Shown here one piece after another: positions 15,634-26,602 of a stretch of 64,000 nt of DNA. Origin of the DNA: an uncultured Alphaproteobacteria bacterium (GTDB taxonomy: Bacteria; Pseudomonadota; Alphaproteobacteria; Rhizobiales; Xanthobacteraceae); contig CAWBQV010000005.1 of the NCBI GenBank assembly GCA_963790975.1, positions 124,948 to 188,947 on the forward strand, written 5' to 3'. Numbering within the stretch: position 1 is the first letter of the stretch; each line of letters starts with the position of its first letter. The notes beneath the pieces are model-generated. The model saw only the letters and a program-made list of their open reading frames with translations. It made no database searches and was not told the origin of the DNA. Position numbers and translations under genes: made by a program.

Positions 15634-16386
15634 TTATTTGTGCGCCGCGTGGTCGTAAGGCTTGCCGATCATGTCGGCGCAACCGGCCCGGTTAGCCCAG
15701 TATTCCCAGGCGCGCCAGGTTTCGGGCGAATAGGGCTTGTAGCCGGCGAGACGCGCGGCGATCTCGCCTTTGGACAGCGGCTTCGGCTTGCCCCCCATAC
15801 GCATCGCATCCATCTGGACCCGCGCATTGCGTGGCAAATAGACCGAAAGCCGCACCACCTCGATGATCGAGCGGGCGGCGGAGGCAAAGCCATGGCCGCG
15901 CATCAGTGCCACATTACCGGCGCCCAGAGATTTCGCGAGATCGCGGCCCTGCGCCATGTTGGTGACCAGAAGATTGGTGTCGCCGAATTTCTTGCGAATG
16001 TCCCAGACCGGCACCTTGCCGCCGATGAAGGCGCCGGAATGGATCACCGGTTCGAGCGGTTTGTTGATCAGCCCGAACGGCAGCGTGTCTTCGGCGTGGG
16101 CATGCACGACGGCCATCACGTCGGGCCGCGCCTCGAAAATCGCCGCATGGATATGGCGCTCGAGATAGGGCTGGCGCTTGTCGTTGACCGGCTCGCCCGC
16201 GGCATCGAACTCGATCAGGTCGTGGCGCTCGACCAGTTCCGGCGCGCGCGAGCGCGACAAGAAAAAATGCTTCGGCTTGTCGGGATGCCGGACGCTGATA
16301 TGGCCGTAGGCATCGACCACATCTTCGTGGGACAGGATGCGATTGGCGACGACAAGGTCGCGCAACAGATCGTCGAGTTGGCTCAT
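15634..16386 (-). CDS. class II aldolase/adducin-family protein
   Basis: 250 aa. GHISVRHP...AVVHAHAED...MRGHGF metal-binding His pattern of class II aldolases. Confidence 0.85.
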   Translation of the reverse strand: MSQLDDLLRDLVVANRILSHEDVVDAYGHISVRHPDKPKHFFLSRSRAPELVERHDLIEFDAAGEPVNDKRQPYLERHIHAAIFEARPDVMAVVHAHAEDTLPFGLINKPLEPVIHSGAFIGGKVPVWDIRKKFGDTNLLVTNMAQGRDLAKSLGAGNVALMRGHGFASAARSIIEVVRLSVYLPRNARVQMDAMRMGGKPKPLSKGEIAARLAGYKPYSPETWRAWEYWANRAGCADMIGKPYDHAAHK

Positions 16387-16391
16387 GTCTT

Positions 16392-18101
16392 TCAGTGCAG
16401 CTCTTTGCGCAAAATCTTGCCGATATTGCTCTTCGGCAATTGCTCGACAAATTGGATGATGGTCGGCCTTTTGTAGCCGGCCAAGCGGGCGTGCAGAAAT
16501 TCAGTGAGGTCGGCCTTGTCGAGCGCGGGGTCGCGCTTGATGACAAAAAGCTTCACCGCCTGGCCGGTGCGCGCATCGGGCACGCCGATCACCGCCGCCT
16601 CAAGCACGCCGGGGTCCTGCATGGCGACGTCTTCCACTTCGTTGGGAAACACCTTGAAGCCGGAGACATTGATCATGTCCTTCTTGCGATCGAGCAGCCG
16701 TAAAAATCCGTCGCTGTCGAAGGCGCCGATGTCGCCGGTTTTGAGCCAGCCGTCGGCCGTGAGAACGTTGGCTGTCTCGTCCGGGCGTTGCCAATAGCCG
16801 AGCATGACTTGCGGTCCGTGCACCCAAACTTCGCCCGCTTCGCCGACGGGGAGGATTTTGCCGGCGTCGTCGCGGATGCTCACTTCGGTCGACGGCACCG
16901 GCAGGCCGACGGTGCCGACTTTGGGGGTCATGAACGGATTAATGCAGACAACCGGCGAGGCTTCGGTCAAACCATAGCCTTCGACCAGTGCGCTGCCGGT
17001 GATCGCGCGCCAGTGCCGCGCCACTTCGCTTTGTATCGCCGCGCCGCCGCCGACCGCGACGCGCAGCGCCTTGAAATCCAATTCGGCGAATTCCGGCGTA
17101 TTGACCAGGGCATTGAACAGGGTGTTGACGCCGGACATCCAGGTGATGTTGGCGTGGCGCATGGTGCGAATGAGTCGGTGCAGATCGCGCGGATCGGGAA
17201 TGAGAAAATCCAATCCGCCCATCATGGCGAAGCCTAAGAGGTTCGCCGTCAGGGAGAAGATGTGATAAAGCGGCAGCGGCGTGAGCACCCGTTCGTGCTC
17301 CACTTCGACGCCAGCTCCGATCCAGGACAGGCACTGCAGCGTGTTGGCGACCAGATTGCGGTGCGTCAGCATGGCGCCTTTGGCTACTCCGGTCGTTCCA
17401 CCCGTGTATTGCAGTAAGGCGACGTCGCCTGGGCGCGGCTGCGCATCCTGATAGTGCCCGCCCGGCGGCCGGTTGCAGGCGTCTTGCAGCATCGTGAACT
17501 TCTCGAAGTGCCAGGGCCGCACGCCGTGCGAGAGATAGGTATTGGCGAAATTGAACGCCCAGCGCTTGAGCGTGGGAACCAGATCGCCCAGACGCGACAC
17601 CACGACGTGCCGGATCTTGGTGTCGGCGATGATCTCGACCAGCTTGGACGCGAAATTCTCCATGATCACGATGACGCTGGCGCCGGAATCGGCGAGCTGT
17701 TCCTGCAATTCGCGCGGCGTGTAGAGCGGATTGACATTGACCACCGTGAGCCCGGCGCGCAGCGTGCCGAGAAACGTCACCGGATAAGCCAGCATGTTCG
17801 GCATCATCAGCGCGACGCGATCGCCCGGCTGGCAATTCAACTCCTCGATCAGGAACGCCGCAAAATCCCGGCTGTCGCGCTCCCACTCGGCGTAGCTCAT
17901 CCGCGCGCGCAGGAACTCGAATGCCGGACGCGCGGCATGCTGCCGGCAAGCCTCGATCAGCATGGCCGAGAGCGACGGATAAGCGTCGGGATCGATGGTT
18001 TTGGGCACGCCGGGCGGATAGGAGGCGAACCAGTTGGGCACCGGCGCCGCCTGTGTCTCGGTTTTGGCGGATGCCGCTTCGCCCGGCGTCAGAAGCGTCA
18101 T
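16392..18101 (-). CDS. fadD: long-chain fatty-acid--CoA ligase (AMP-binding)
   Basis: 569 aa. LQYTGGTTGVAKGAMLTHRN AMP-binding motif, GYGLTEASP, WLKTGDIG, and C-terminal PKSNIGKILRKEL. Confidence 0.9.
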   Translation of the reverse strand: MTLLTPGEAASAKTETQAAPVPNWFASYPPGVPKTIDPDAYPSLSAMLIEACRQHAARPAFEFLRARMSYAEWERDSRDFAAFLIEELNCQPGDRVALMMPNMLAYPVTFLGTLRAGLTVVNVNPLYTPRELQEQLADSGASVIVIMENFASKLVEIIADTKIRHVVVSRLGDLVPTLKRWAFNFANTYLSHGVRPWHFEKFTMLQDACNRPPGGHYQDAQPRPGDVALLQYTGGTTGVAKGAMLTHRNLVANTLQCLSWIGAGVEVEHERVLTPLPLYHIFSLTANLLGFAMMGGLDFLIPDPRDLHRLIRTMRHANITWMSGVNTLFNALVNTPEFAELDFKALRVAVGGGAAIQSEVARHWRAITGSALVEGYGLTEASPVVCINPFMTPKVGTVGLPVPSTEVSIRDDAGKILPVGEAGEVWVHGPQVMLGYWQRPDETANVLTADGWLKTGDIGAFDSDGFLRLLDRKKDMINVSGFKVFPNEVEDVAMQDPGVLEAAVIGVPDARTGQAVKLFVIKRDPALDKADLTEFLHARLAGYKRPTIIQFVEQLPKSNIGKILRKELH

Positions 18102-18353
18102 GAATGTTTCCCCGGCACGGCCGAAGCGCCGACAAGGCCGTTGCCGCCATTACCGGTGATTCCGGCAGCGAATGCATGCCGCAAAACGGGTTCCGCGCCG
18201 CAAAGCAGTGGCTCGTACCCGGCATAGTGGCTACTACTTTGCCCGACATACCTTTCGGGCGTCATCGGCTGGCCTTTACGCGCCGGTTCGCGCGGCTCGA
18301 TGCCGGTAAAGGCAAATGGTCGGTCGCCACTCGCCATTTCGTTATTCGCCCTA

Positions 18354-19784
18354 TTATTCCTCGCTCGACGCGAACAGTTGCTTGCCCACGGCGTTGAAGC
18401 GCGCCTTCTGATCGTCGCTCAGCGAGCCGTAGAAGTCCGCAAGCGCCGGCTGCACCGTCTCGACGGCTTGCAGCATCGCCTGCAGGCGATTGCCGATGGC
18501 CGACAACCGGCTCGGCGGCGTTGCCGGCAGTTCGCTCGGGCATGCGGCCTTGATCTTATCCGCCGCCTGCGATGTGGCCGACGTCAGCGCCGCAAGCTTG
18601 GCGCGCTGCGCGTCGTCGGGCTTGACGGCGGCGTCGATCTGATCGGACGGCCACGCCATGATCTTGGCGTCGCATTGCGCGGTCACGCTCGGCGCGGCCC
18701 CCTCGCCTTGCGGCGGCTGCGCCTGTTGCGGCGGCGCCATGTCGTTGAAGCGGGCTTTTTGCTCGTCGCTCAGCGCGACGTAGAACTTGTCGAGCGCCGG
18801 GCTGATGATATTGACGGCGTCGAGGAGCGATTGCAGCCGGCCTTGCATCTGGGTGAGGCGATCGATGGGGGTGAACGCAACGGTAGTCGGACAGTTCGAC
18901 TTGATCTCGTCGCTCGCCTTGACGACGGAGTTGCCGAGATTGTCGAGCAAGACGCTCTGCTGATCGTTGGGCCCGACCGCCGACTGGATCTGGTCGATCG
19001 GCCAGCTCGTGACCTCGGCCGCTTCGTCGGCGCAGCTATGCGCCATGTTTTGCGTCAGGTCCGCCATTCGCGCCGGCGCGCCGGGGCCCTGCACGTATTC
19101 GTCGTAGTCGTAGGGCGAGAAAATGGCGCCATAGATGTCGCCATAACCGTAGGCCCAGAACGGATCGTCGTAACCGTAATCGTAGGGCCACAGCGCGTAA
19201 TAGAAGAAATCGCCGTAGGCATAGGGCCAGAACAGCGGGCCGATCCAGCCGAGATGATGGTACGGGTGCCAGCCGTGGCCGAGGAACGGCCGGAACGCCG
19301 GATCGCCGGCGAAGCGCCGATGCGCCAGGAAGTCGTGCGGGTCACCCCTGAATGCAGCGCGAGCAAGCGGCGTGACATGCGCGCCGGTGACCAAAGGATG
19401 TACGCCCAACGCCAGCGGATGCGCCGTCGTTGCCAACGGATGCGTTCCCAAGGGCGTGACATGGCTGATGTGCGAAGACGGACTGCCGGACGGTCTGGCA
19501 AAGCGCGTCACGTGTGAACTGGAGACATGAGACGTGAAACGCGGGGCGGAGCGAGCGCTGAAATGGGCGCCACCGCCACCGCCGAAATGTCCACCGCCAC
19601 CACCACCGATGTGGCCGCCACCACCACCGCCACCATGTCCGCTGGCATGTCCGCCGCCGCCACCGCCGCCGGGCTTTGCAGCAAGTGCGGGCGCCGCTGC
19701 CAGGCAGAGCGCAAGACTGACCGCACCAAGGCCGGCCGCAATTTTCCGACCGGAAAATCTTCGCGCAGCGTTTGAATCTAACAT
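18354..19784 (-). CDS. periplasmic Spy/CpxP-family (LTXXQ-like) protein with Gly/His and aromatic low-complexity regions
   Basis: AAGGA Shine-Dalgarno before ATG 19784. Signal peptide ...LALCLAAAPALA. (G)nH repeats. Two tandem C-terminal domains ending FYVALSDEQKARFN and FYGSLSDDQKARFN. Confidence 0.65.
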   Translation of the reverse strand: MLDSNAARRFSGRKIAAGLGAVSLALCLAAAPALAAKPGGGGGGGHASGHGGGGGGGHIGGGGGGHFGGGGGAHFSARSAPRFTSHVSSSHVTRFARPSGSPSSHISHVTPLGTHPLATTAHPLALGVHPLVTGAHVTPLARAAFRGDPHDFLAHRRFAGDPAFRPFLGHGWHPYHHLGWIGPLFWPYAYGDFFYYALWPYDYGYDDPFWAYGYGDIYGAIFSPYDYDEYVQGPGAPARMADLTQNMAHSCADEAAEVTSWPIDQIQSAVGPNDQQSVLLDNLGNSVVKASDEIKSNCPTTVAFTPIDRLTQMQGRLQSLLDAVNIISPALDKFYVALSDEQKARFNDMAPPQQAQPPQGEGAAPSVTAQCDAKIMAWPSDQIDAAVKPDDAQRAKLAALTSATSQAADKIKAACPSELPATPPSRLSAIGNRLQAMLQAVETVQPALADFYGSLSDDQKARFNAVGKQLFASSEE

Positions 19785-19971
19785 TTTGGTAATCCTTCGC
19801 ATCACAACGCCACAGCGCGCCGTCGGTTCCGTCGCCTCCGCGACCGTGATGCTGCGATGCACTGTCGCTTGAATATCACAATGTCCGACTGAACCGTGCC
19901 GTACCTGCCCGTCCGAGGGACGCGCGATTGATATTGCAAGACGATCTATGCATGCTGATTTGGGCATGGTT

Positions 19972-19985
19972 ATGATCCAGATCAA
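19972..19985. promoter_or_regulatory. FNR/FixK-like box (aTGAT-CCAG-ATCAA)
   Basis: 9/10 match to TTGAT-N4-ATCAA in the divergent intergenic region between the Spy-like gene and the OMF gene. Confidence 0.3.
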
Positions 19986-20177
19986 ATGCGCTCGCCGGGG
20001 GCGGGAAATCGCGGCGCAGGCGATCGCGATGTGACCGGACTGCCGCCGGGCGCAGTCTGGCGGAGACCGTTTCGCACTGTACGTTTTTAAGCGTTGTCTT
20101 GCGTATTTGGGGCTTCCAGCAATGGGTTACCGGCAGTGCATGCGTTGGCGCATGCCGGTGTGCATCGGGGTAGTAGA

Positions 20178-21785
20178 GTGCGACGCACAGCTTACTCATC
20201 GTCGCAAGCCTGCGCGCCGCTCCACGCAATCATCATTGGATCGTTGATCGGCGGACTGACGCTCGCCGGCTGCGCGGTCGGCCCCAATTATTCGCGTGAA
20301 CCGGCTCCGGTTTCGCAGCAATACAAGGAGCTCAAGGGCTGGAAACTCGCTAATCCAAGCGACGATCGCGATCGCGGCGATTGGTGGACCGCCTACAAGG
20401 ACCGCGGACTCAACGAGCTTCTCCCGCAGGTTGAGATTTCGAACCAGACGGTTGCGGCCCAGGCCGCGGCCTATGAAGAGGCGCGCGCTATTATCAGAGA
20501 AGCCCAAGCCTCGCTGTTTCCGACGGCAACTGCCGGATATGGCGTCACCCGGACGCGTACCGGAGCTCTCGCTGGCACCACCGGCGGCAGCGCCGTCGGA
20601 TTTGGCCTCGGCACGCGATACATCTCGCAATATTCCGCGCCGATCAGCGGCAGCTGGGATATCGACGTCTGGGGCAAAATCCGCCGCCAGGTCGAGAGCA
20701 GCACCGCGGCCGCGCAAGCCAGCGCCGCCGATCTCGACAACGCAAAACTTTCCGCGCAGGCCGCGCTCGCCACTGCCTACTTCAATCTGCGAGCTTCGGA
20801 CTCGCTGATCGATCTGCTCTCGCACACGATCGCGGAATATAAGAAGACCTATGAGATCGTGAATAATCAGTTCAAAGCCGGTTTCTCCGTGACGGCAGGC
20901 GACGTGGCGACCGCCGATGCGCAGATTGCGACCACCGAGGCGCAGCTCTTCAACGTGCGCTCGCAGCGTGCTCAATTCGAGCACGCCATCGCAATTCTGA
21001 TCGGCAGGCCTCCCGCCGAGTTGACGATCGCACCACGCGATCTCGCCTCGGAAGGCATTCCGCGGACTCCGGTGGCGGTTCCTTCGGCACTGCTGGAACG
21101 GCGTCCGGACATTGCCGCCTCGGAGCGGACCATGCAGGCGCAGAACGCGCTCATCGGCGTCGCCGAGGCGGCGTACTTTCCCGACGTCTCGCTGTCCAGC
21201 ATGATCCAATATATCGGGCCTATTCCGCTGCCGTTTTCCGCCGCGCGCTCGATCGAATCCATCGGGGCGAGCGCGACGCAAACCTTGTTCAACGGCGGGC
21301 TCACTTCGGCGCAGGTCGATGCCGCGCGCGCCGTCTATTGGCAGAGCGTGGCCACTTACCGGCAAACGGTGCTCACGGCGTTTCAACAAGTCGAGGATGG
21401 GCTTGCGGCGATCAATTATCTATCGCAGCAGTTGGTTCAGGAACGCCGCGCGGTTGCCGACGAACGCCAAGCGGTGGATGTCTTCCTCAATCAATTTCAG
21501 GCCGGCACAGTCGCCTTTACCACCGTCGTCGTCGCAGAAATCCAGTTGCTCGCCGACGAGGAAGCCGAACTGACGGCGCGCCAGAATCTTTACCTCGCCA
21601 GCGTCAGCCTGATCGACGCGCTCGGCGGCGGCTGGGACACCATATTGTTGCCGGACCAGGTGCAGTTGCAGAAAGACTTCTCGCTGGTGCCGGAACTCGA
21701 ATCGACGACCCCGTTGGCCGTTGAGCTAATTCCCACCATTCAGACGCCATCCAACCCGCAGGGCGCGCCGTCCGGTCCACAATAG
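20178..21785 (+). CDS. RND efflux outer-membrane factor lipoprotein (NodT family)
   Basis: Lipobox LTLAGCAVGPNYSRE. WWTAYKD and LIDALGGGW motifs typical of OMF proteins. Start uncertain (GTG 20178 preferred; the track ORF begins at 20094). Confidence 0.85.
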   Translation: MRRTAYSSSQACAPLHAIIIGSLIGGLTLAGCAVGPNYSREPAPVSQQYKELKGWKLANPSDDRDRGDWWTAYKDRGLNELLPQVEISNQTVAAQAAAYEEARAIIREAQASLFPTATAGYGVTRTRTGALAGTTGGSAVGFGLGTRYISQYSAPISGSWDIDVWGKIRRQVESSTAAAQASAADLDNAKLSAQAALATAYFNLRASDSLIDLLSHTIAEYKKTYEIVNNQFKAGFSVTAGDVATADAQIATTEAQLFNVRSQRAQFEHAIAILIGRPPAELTIAPRDLASEGIPRTPVAVPSALLERRPDIAASERTMQAQNALIGVAEAAYFPDVSLSSMIQYIGPIPLPFSAARSIESIGASATQTLFNGGLTSAQVDAARAVYWQSVATYRQTVLTAFQQVEDGLAAINYLSQQLVQERRAVADERQAVDVFLNQFQAGTVAFTTVVVAEIQLLADEEAELTARQNLYLASVSLIDALGGGWDTILLPDQVQLQKDFSLVPELESTTPLAVELIPTIQTPSNPQGAPSGPQ

Positions 21786-22102
21786 CGGCCGGATTTGGCC
21801 GATTGACCTCGATTTCGCCAAAGCCCCGCCATCAAGGCCGGTTTGAAGGCCCCTACCCTCTGTCCAACCTCTTGATTAAGCGGCCGATTCCGCGGACACT
21901 AGCGGCGCAGAGCAGAGCCTCGCGTGACGCTTGCCAAATGGCCTTTGTGCCGCAAACCGCAGCGCGCCAGCCTGCCAGCACGGGCATTAGCGAATATTCA
22001 TTAGGCGAGCGATGTTGGCGCAATCTATAAAGTCGCAAAACGTCAGTCGATAATGCCGAGATCGATGAACGCCCATCATGGACGAACGAACGCGCAGAAC
22101 GG

Positions 22103-23449
22103 ATGACGAGGCGGCGCCGAGTGCCCGCCGAACCGTGCCGCGACCGGACATATGGACGCGCTGGCGGCCAAAATCCCGAACTCGGCATGGTGCTGGCCGC
22201 GCTGCTCGTCGCCTTCGTGGTCTACGAAGTCGTGCGCTGGGTCATGCCCGGTTCGCCGGCCGGCGGGCGTTTCCCGCAAGGCGCGGCGCAGACCGTCGGC
22301 GCCGGCACTGTCGCAACGAACAATGTCCGCGTCATCGTCAACGCACTCGGCACCGTCACGCCGCTCGCGACGGTGACCGTGCAAACGCAGATCAACGGTC
22401 AGCTTACCGATGTCGGTTTCACCGAAGGGCAACTGGTCAAGAAAGGCGACTTCCTGGCGCAGATCGATCCGCGGCCCTATGAGATCCTGAAAGAGCAATA
22501 TCAGGGCCAGCTCGCCCACGACGAAGGTCTGCTTGCCCAGGCGCAGATGGATCTCACGCGCTACCAGATACTGGCTCAGCAGAATTCAATCGCGAAGCAA
22601 CAGTCCGAGGATCAGGTCTTCATCGTGCAGCAATATGCCGGCTCGGTGAAGCAGGATCAGGGATTGGTCGATGCCGAGGATCTCAATCTCGCTTATTGCC
22701 ACATCGTTTCGCCGGTCACCGGCCGCGTCGGCTTGCGGCTGGTCGATCCGGGGAATTATGTGCAGACCTCGAGCAGCACCGGGATCGCCGTCATCACCCA
22801 GTTGCAGCCGATCACGGTGATCTTCTCCATTCCCGAAGACGATCTGCCGGACATCATGCCGCAATTTAATGCCGGCACGGAGCTCAGCGTCACCGCCTAT
22901 GACCGCGCCAACCTCCACGAGCTTGCCACCGGCAAGGTGGCGGCGGTCGACAACCAGGTCGACACCACCACCGGCACCGTGAGGGTACGCGCGCAGTTCG
23001 ACAATACCGACAATGCTTTGTTTCCGAACCAGTTCGTCAATGCGCGGCTTCTGGTGCAGACGATCGAAAACGCAGTCACGGTGCCGACGTCGGCGATCCT
23101 CAACGGCGCGCCGGGCGCCTATGTCTATGTCATCAACGCCGACAGCACGGTTTCGGTGCAACAGATCACGACCAGGGTCGTTGACGGCAAGCTGACCCAG
23201 GTCACCGCCGGGCTCACCGCCGGCCAGCGCGTTGTCGTCGATGGCACCGATCGCCTGCGCGACGGCCTGCATGTCGTCGTTGCTCCGGAAAACGGTCAGG
23301 ACGCCCCGGCCGCGGGCGGAGCGACGCGGACCCACGGCAGCGGTCAGGGCAGGAATTCCGGCGCCGCGCGAACGAGCCCGCCGGGCGGTAGCGCGCCGAG
23401 CGGCGGCAGTGCGCCGAGCAGCGGGAGCCCGCCGAGTGGCGGTCAGTAA
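22103..23449 (+). CDS. mdtA: RND efflux membrane-fusion protein
   Basis: 448 aa. LGTVTPLATVTVQTQINGQL, SPVTGRVGLRLVDPGNYV and TVPTSAI motifs of HlyD/MdtA-type adaptors. Followed by two RND pumps. Start uncertain (22103 or 22187). Confidence 0.85.
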   Translation: MTRRRRVPAEPCRDRTYGRAGGQNPELGMVLAALLVAFVVYEVVRWVMPGSPAGGRFPQGAAQTVGAGTVATNNVRVIVNALGTVTPLATVTVQTQINGQLTDVGFTEGQLVKKGDFLAQIDPRPYEILKEQYQGQLAHDEGLLAQAQMDLTRYQILAQQNSIAKQQSEDQVFIVQQYAGSVKQDQGLVDAEDLNLAYCHIVSPVTGRVGLRLVDPGNYVQTSSSTGIAVITQLQPITVIFSIPEDDLPDIMPQFNAGTELSVTAYDRANLHELATGKVAAVDNQVDTTTGTVRVRAQFDNTDNALFPNQFVNARLLVQTIENAVTVPTSAILNGAPGAYVYVINADSTVSVQQITTRVVDGKLTQVTAGLTAGQRVVVDGTDRLRDGLHVVVAPENGQDAPAAGGATRTHGSGQGRNSGAARTSPPGGSAPSGGSAPSSGSPPSGGQ

Positions 23450-23473
23450 CGCCCTGGTACGGCGGATTTTGCG

Positions 23474-26400
23474 ATGAACGTCTCGGAACCCTTCATTCTG
23501 CGCCCGGTGGGCACGTCGCTGTTGATGGCGGCGATCATGCTGTCCGGCATGGTCGCCTATTCATTCTTGCCGCTGTCGACCCTGCCTGAAGTCGATTATC
23601 CGACGATCCAGGTGCAGACGCTTTATCCGGGCGCCAGCCCGGAAGTGATGACGTCTTCGGTCACGGCACCGCTGGAGCGGCAATTCGGCCAGATGCCGGG
23701 GCTGAACCAGATGACGTCGGCAAGTTCCGGCGGCGCGTCGGTGATTACGCTGCAATTCAGCCTCGATCTTTCTCTCGACATCGCCGAGCAGGAGGTCCAG
23801 GCCGCGATCAACGCTTCGGGTAATCTGTTGCCGGCCGATCTGCCGGCGCCGCCGATTTACGCCAAGGTCAATCCCGCCGACGCGCCGATCCTGGCGCTCT
23901 CGGTGACGTCGAAAACCCTGGCGCTGACCGATCTCGAGGATTTGAGCGAGACCAGGCTCGCGCAAAAGATCTCGCAACTGACCGGCGTCGGGCTGGTCAG
24001 CGTCAGCGGCGGCCAGCGGCCAGCGGTGCGCATCCAGGTCAATCCGCAGGCGCTCGCGGCCTACGGTCTTGCCGTCGACGACGTCCGCACCACGCTCGGC
24101 AATATGAACGTCAATACGCCGAAGGGTAATTTTGACGGCCCGACCCAGGCCTTGACGATCAACGCCAACGATCAGGTGTCCAGCGCCGAACAATACAGCA
24201 CACTCATCATCGCCTATCGCAACGGCGCGCCGGTCAAGCTGTCGGACGTGGCCACGATCGTCAGCGGCCCAGAGAACACCAAGCTCGGCGCCTGGGCGAA
24301 TACGACGCCGGCGATCATCATCAACGTCCAGCGCCAGCCGGGCGCCAACATCATTCAGGTCGTCGACCGCATTCGGGCGCTGTTGCCGCAGATCACGGCG
24401 ACGCTGCCGACAGCCGCCCAGGTCGACGTACTGAGCGATCGCACCGTGACCATCCGCGCCTCGGTCGCCGATGTGGAATTCGAGCTCAGTCTCGCCATCG
24501 CGCTCGTCGTGCTGGTGATCTTTCTGTTTCTGCGCACGCTGCCAGGCACGATCATTCCGAGCCTGTCGGTACCGTTGTCGCTCGTCGGCACCTTTGGCGC
24601 GATGTATCTGCTCGGCTTCAGCCTCGACAATCTGTCTCTGATGGCGCTGACGATCGCCACCGGCTTCGTCGTCGACGACGCCATCGTCATGATCGAGAAC
24701 ATTGCCCGCTTCGTCGAAGAAGGCATGGACCCGCTCGAAGCGGCGTTGCGCGGCTCGGAGCAGATCGGCTTCACCATCATTTCGCTGACGATCTCGCTGA
24801 TCGCGGTGCTGATTCCGCTGTTGTTCATGGGCGATGTCGTCGGCCGCCTGTTTCATGAATTTTCCATCACGCTCGCGGTTACCATCGTCACATCCGCGGT
24901 CGTCTCGCTGACACTGGTGCCGATGTTGTGCGCCAAGCTTATCCGTCATCGCGCGGTAAGCGAGCGCTCGGCATTCGATCTCAAGGCCGAACAGGTCTTC
25001 AACGCGGTAATCGCACGCTACGACCGGGCGCTGAATTGGGTCTTGGACCGCCAACCGGCCACGCTCTTGGTCGCGGTCGCGACGCTGGCATTAACCGTGT
25101 TGCTCTATGTGCTGATCCCGAAGGGTTTCTTCCCGGTGCAGGATACCGGGATGATCCAGGCCATCACCGAAGCCTCGCAGAGCGTTTCCTATGACGCCAT
25201 GGCGGATCTGCAGAACAATCTCGCCGAAGCGGTCCTGAAGGACCCTGACGTCGTCAATCTAAGCTCGTTCATTGGCGTCGACGGCACCAATGAGACGCTC
25301 AATACCGGCCGCTTCCTGATCTCGCTCAAACCCCACGACGACCGCAGCCTGACCGCAAGCCAGATCATCAACCGTATTCAGGGCGAGGTGTCCGGCGTGG
25401 CCGGCATCACGCTCTACATGCAGCCGGTACAGGATCTGACGATCGACTCGACGCTTAGCCGCGCGCCGTATCATTTCGTGCTCGAAGACGCCAATCCCGG
25501 CGAATTCGCCACTTGGGTGCCGGTGCTGGTGCAGAAGCTGAGCCAATTGCCGCAGCTGACCAATGTGGCAAGCGACCTGCAGGAACAGGGATTGGCCATC
25601 AATCTCGTTATCGACCGGGCGACCGCGAGCCGGTTTGGTATCACGCCGGCGACCATCGACAACGTGCTCTACGACGCCTTCGGACAGCGCATCGTTTCGA
25701 CGATCTATACCCAGTCGAACCAGTATCGCGTGATTTTGGAGGTCGACCCCGATCTGCAGAAGACATTGACGGGCCTTGAGGCGCTTTACTTGCCGTCATC
25801 GTCGTCTTCGACCAACGGGCAGGTGCCGCTGACCGCGATCGGTCATGTCATCCAGCAAGCCTCGCCGCTGTTGATCACGCATTTCGGCCAGTTTCCGGCA
25901 ACGACGATCTCGTTCGACACCGCGCCCGGCTATTCGATCGGCGCGGCTATTACGGCGATCCAGCAGGCGGAGAGCACAGCCGGTCTACCGCTCAGCTTCA
26001 TCACCGCGTTCCAGGGCACTGCGGCGGCGTTTCAGTCGTCGTTGAGCAACGAGGTGTTCCTGATCCTCGCCGCCGTGGTGGCGATGTATATCGTGCTGGG
26101 CGTGCTCTACGAGAGCTTCGTGCATCCGGTCACGATCCTGTCGACCTTGCCGTCGGCGGGCGTCGGCGCGCTGTTGTCATTGATGGTGCTGCAATACGAC
26201 CTCGACGTCATCGCCATCATCGGCATCATTCTCCTGATCGGCATCGTCAAGAAAAACGCGATCATGATGATCGACTTTGCGCTTGAGGCCGAACGGGTCG
26301 AGGGATTGGCGCCGCGTGCCGCAATCCATCAGGCCTGCCTGTTGCGATTCCGCCCAATCACGATGACCACGATGGCCGCCATCCTCGGCGCCTTGCCGCT

Positions 26401-26602
26401 GATGCTGGGAACGGGAACCGGCTCCGAACTGCGTCAGCCGCTCGGTGTCGCCATCGTCGGCGGCTTGATCGTCAGCCAGATGCTGACGCTGTTCACTACG
26501 CCCGTCATCTATCTCTACTTCGACCGGCTGGCCATACGATTCATCGGGCGCGGGCCTTCGAACCCGATGAACCCGCTCATTCCGGAAGCGCCGGCCGAAT
26601 GA
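23474..26602 (+). CDS. mdtB: RND multidrug efflux permease
   Basis: 1042 aa. [19 protein letters not shown]-terminus. [16 protein letters not shown] and [16 protein letters not shown] motifs. Confidence 0.9.
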   Translation: MNVSEPFILRPVGTSLLMAAIMLSGMVAYSFLPLSTLPEVDYPTIQVQTLYPGASPEVMTSSVTAPLERQFGQMPGLNQMTSASSGGASVITLQFSLDLSLDIAEQEVQAAINASGNLLPADLPAPPIYAKVNPADAPILALSVTSKTLALTDLEDLSETRLAQKISQLTGVGLVSVSGGQRPAVRIQVNPQALAAYGLAVDDVRTTLGNMNVNTPKGNFDGPTQALTINANDQVSSAEQYSTLIIAYRNGAPVKLSDVATIVSGPENTKLGAWANTTPAIIINVQRQPGANIIQVVDRIRALLPQITATLPTAAQVDVLSDRTVTIRASVADVEFELSLAIALVVLVIFLFLRTLPGTIIPSLSVPLSLVGTFGAMYLLGFSLDNLSLMALTIATGFVVDDAIVMIENIARFVEEGMDPLEAALRGSEQIGFTIISLTISLIAVLIPLLFMGDVVGRLFHEFSITLAVTIVTSAVVSLTLVPMLCAKLIRHRAVSERSAFDLKAEQVFNAVIARYDRALNWVLDRQPATLLVAVATLALTVLLYVLIPKGFFPVQDTGMIQAITEASQSVSYDAMADLQNNLAEAVLKDPDVVNLSSFIGVDGTNETLNTGRFLISLKPHDDRSLTASQIINRIQGEVSGVAGITLYMQPVQDLTIDSTLSRAPYHFVLEDANPGEFATWVPVLVQKLSQLPQLTNVASDLQEQGLAINLVIDRATASRFGITPATIDNVLYDAFGQRIVSTIYTQSNQYRVILEVDPDLQKTLTGLEALYLPSSSSSTNGQVPLTAIGHVIQQASPLLITHFGQFPATTISFDTAPGYSIGAAITAIQQAESTAGLPLSFITAFQGTAAAFQSSLSNEVFLILAAVVAMYIVLGVLYESFVHPVTILSTLPSAGVGALLSLMVLQYDLDVIAIIGIILLIGIVKKNAIMMIDFALEAERVEGLAPRAAIHQACLLRFRPITMTTMAAILGALPLMLGTGTGSELRQPLGVAIVGGLIVSQMLTLFTTPVIYLYFDRLAIRFIGRGPSNPMNPLIPEAPAE

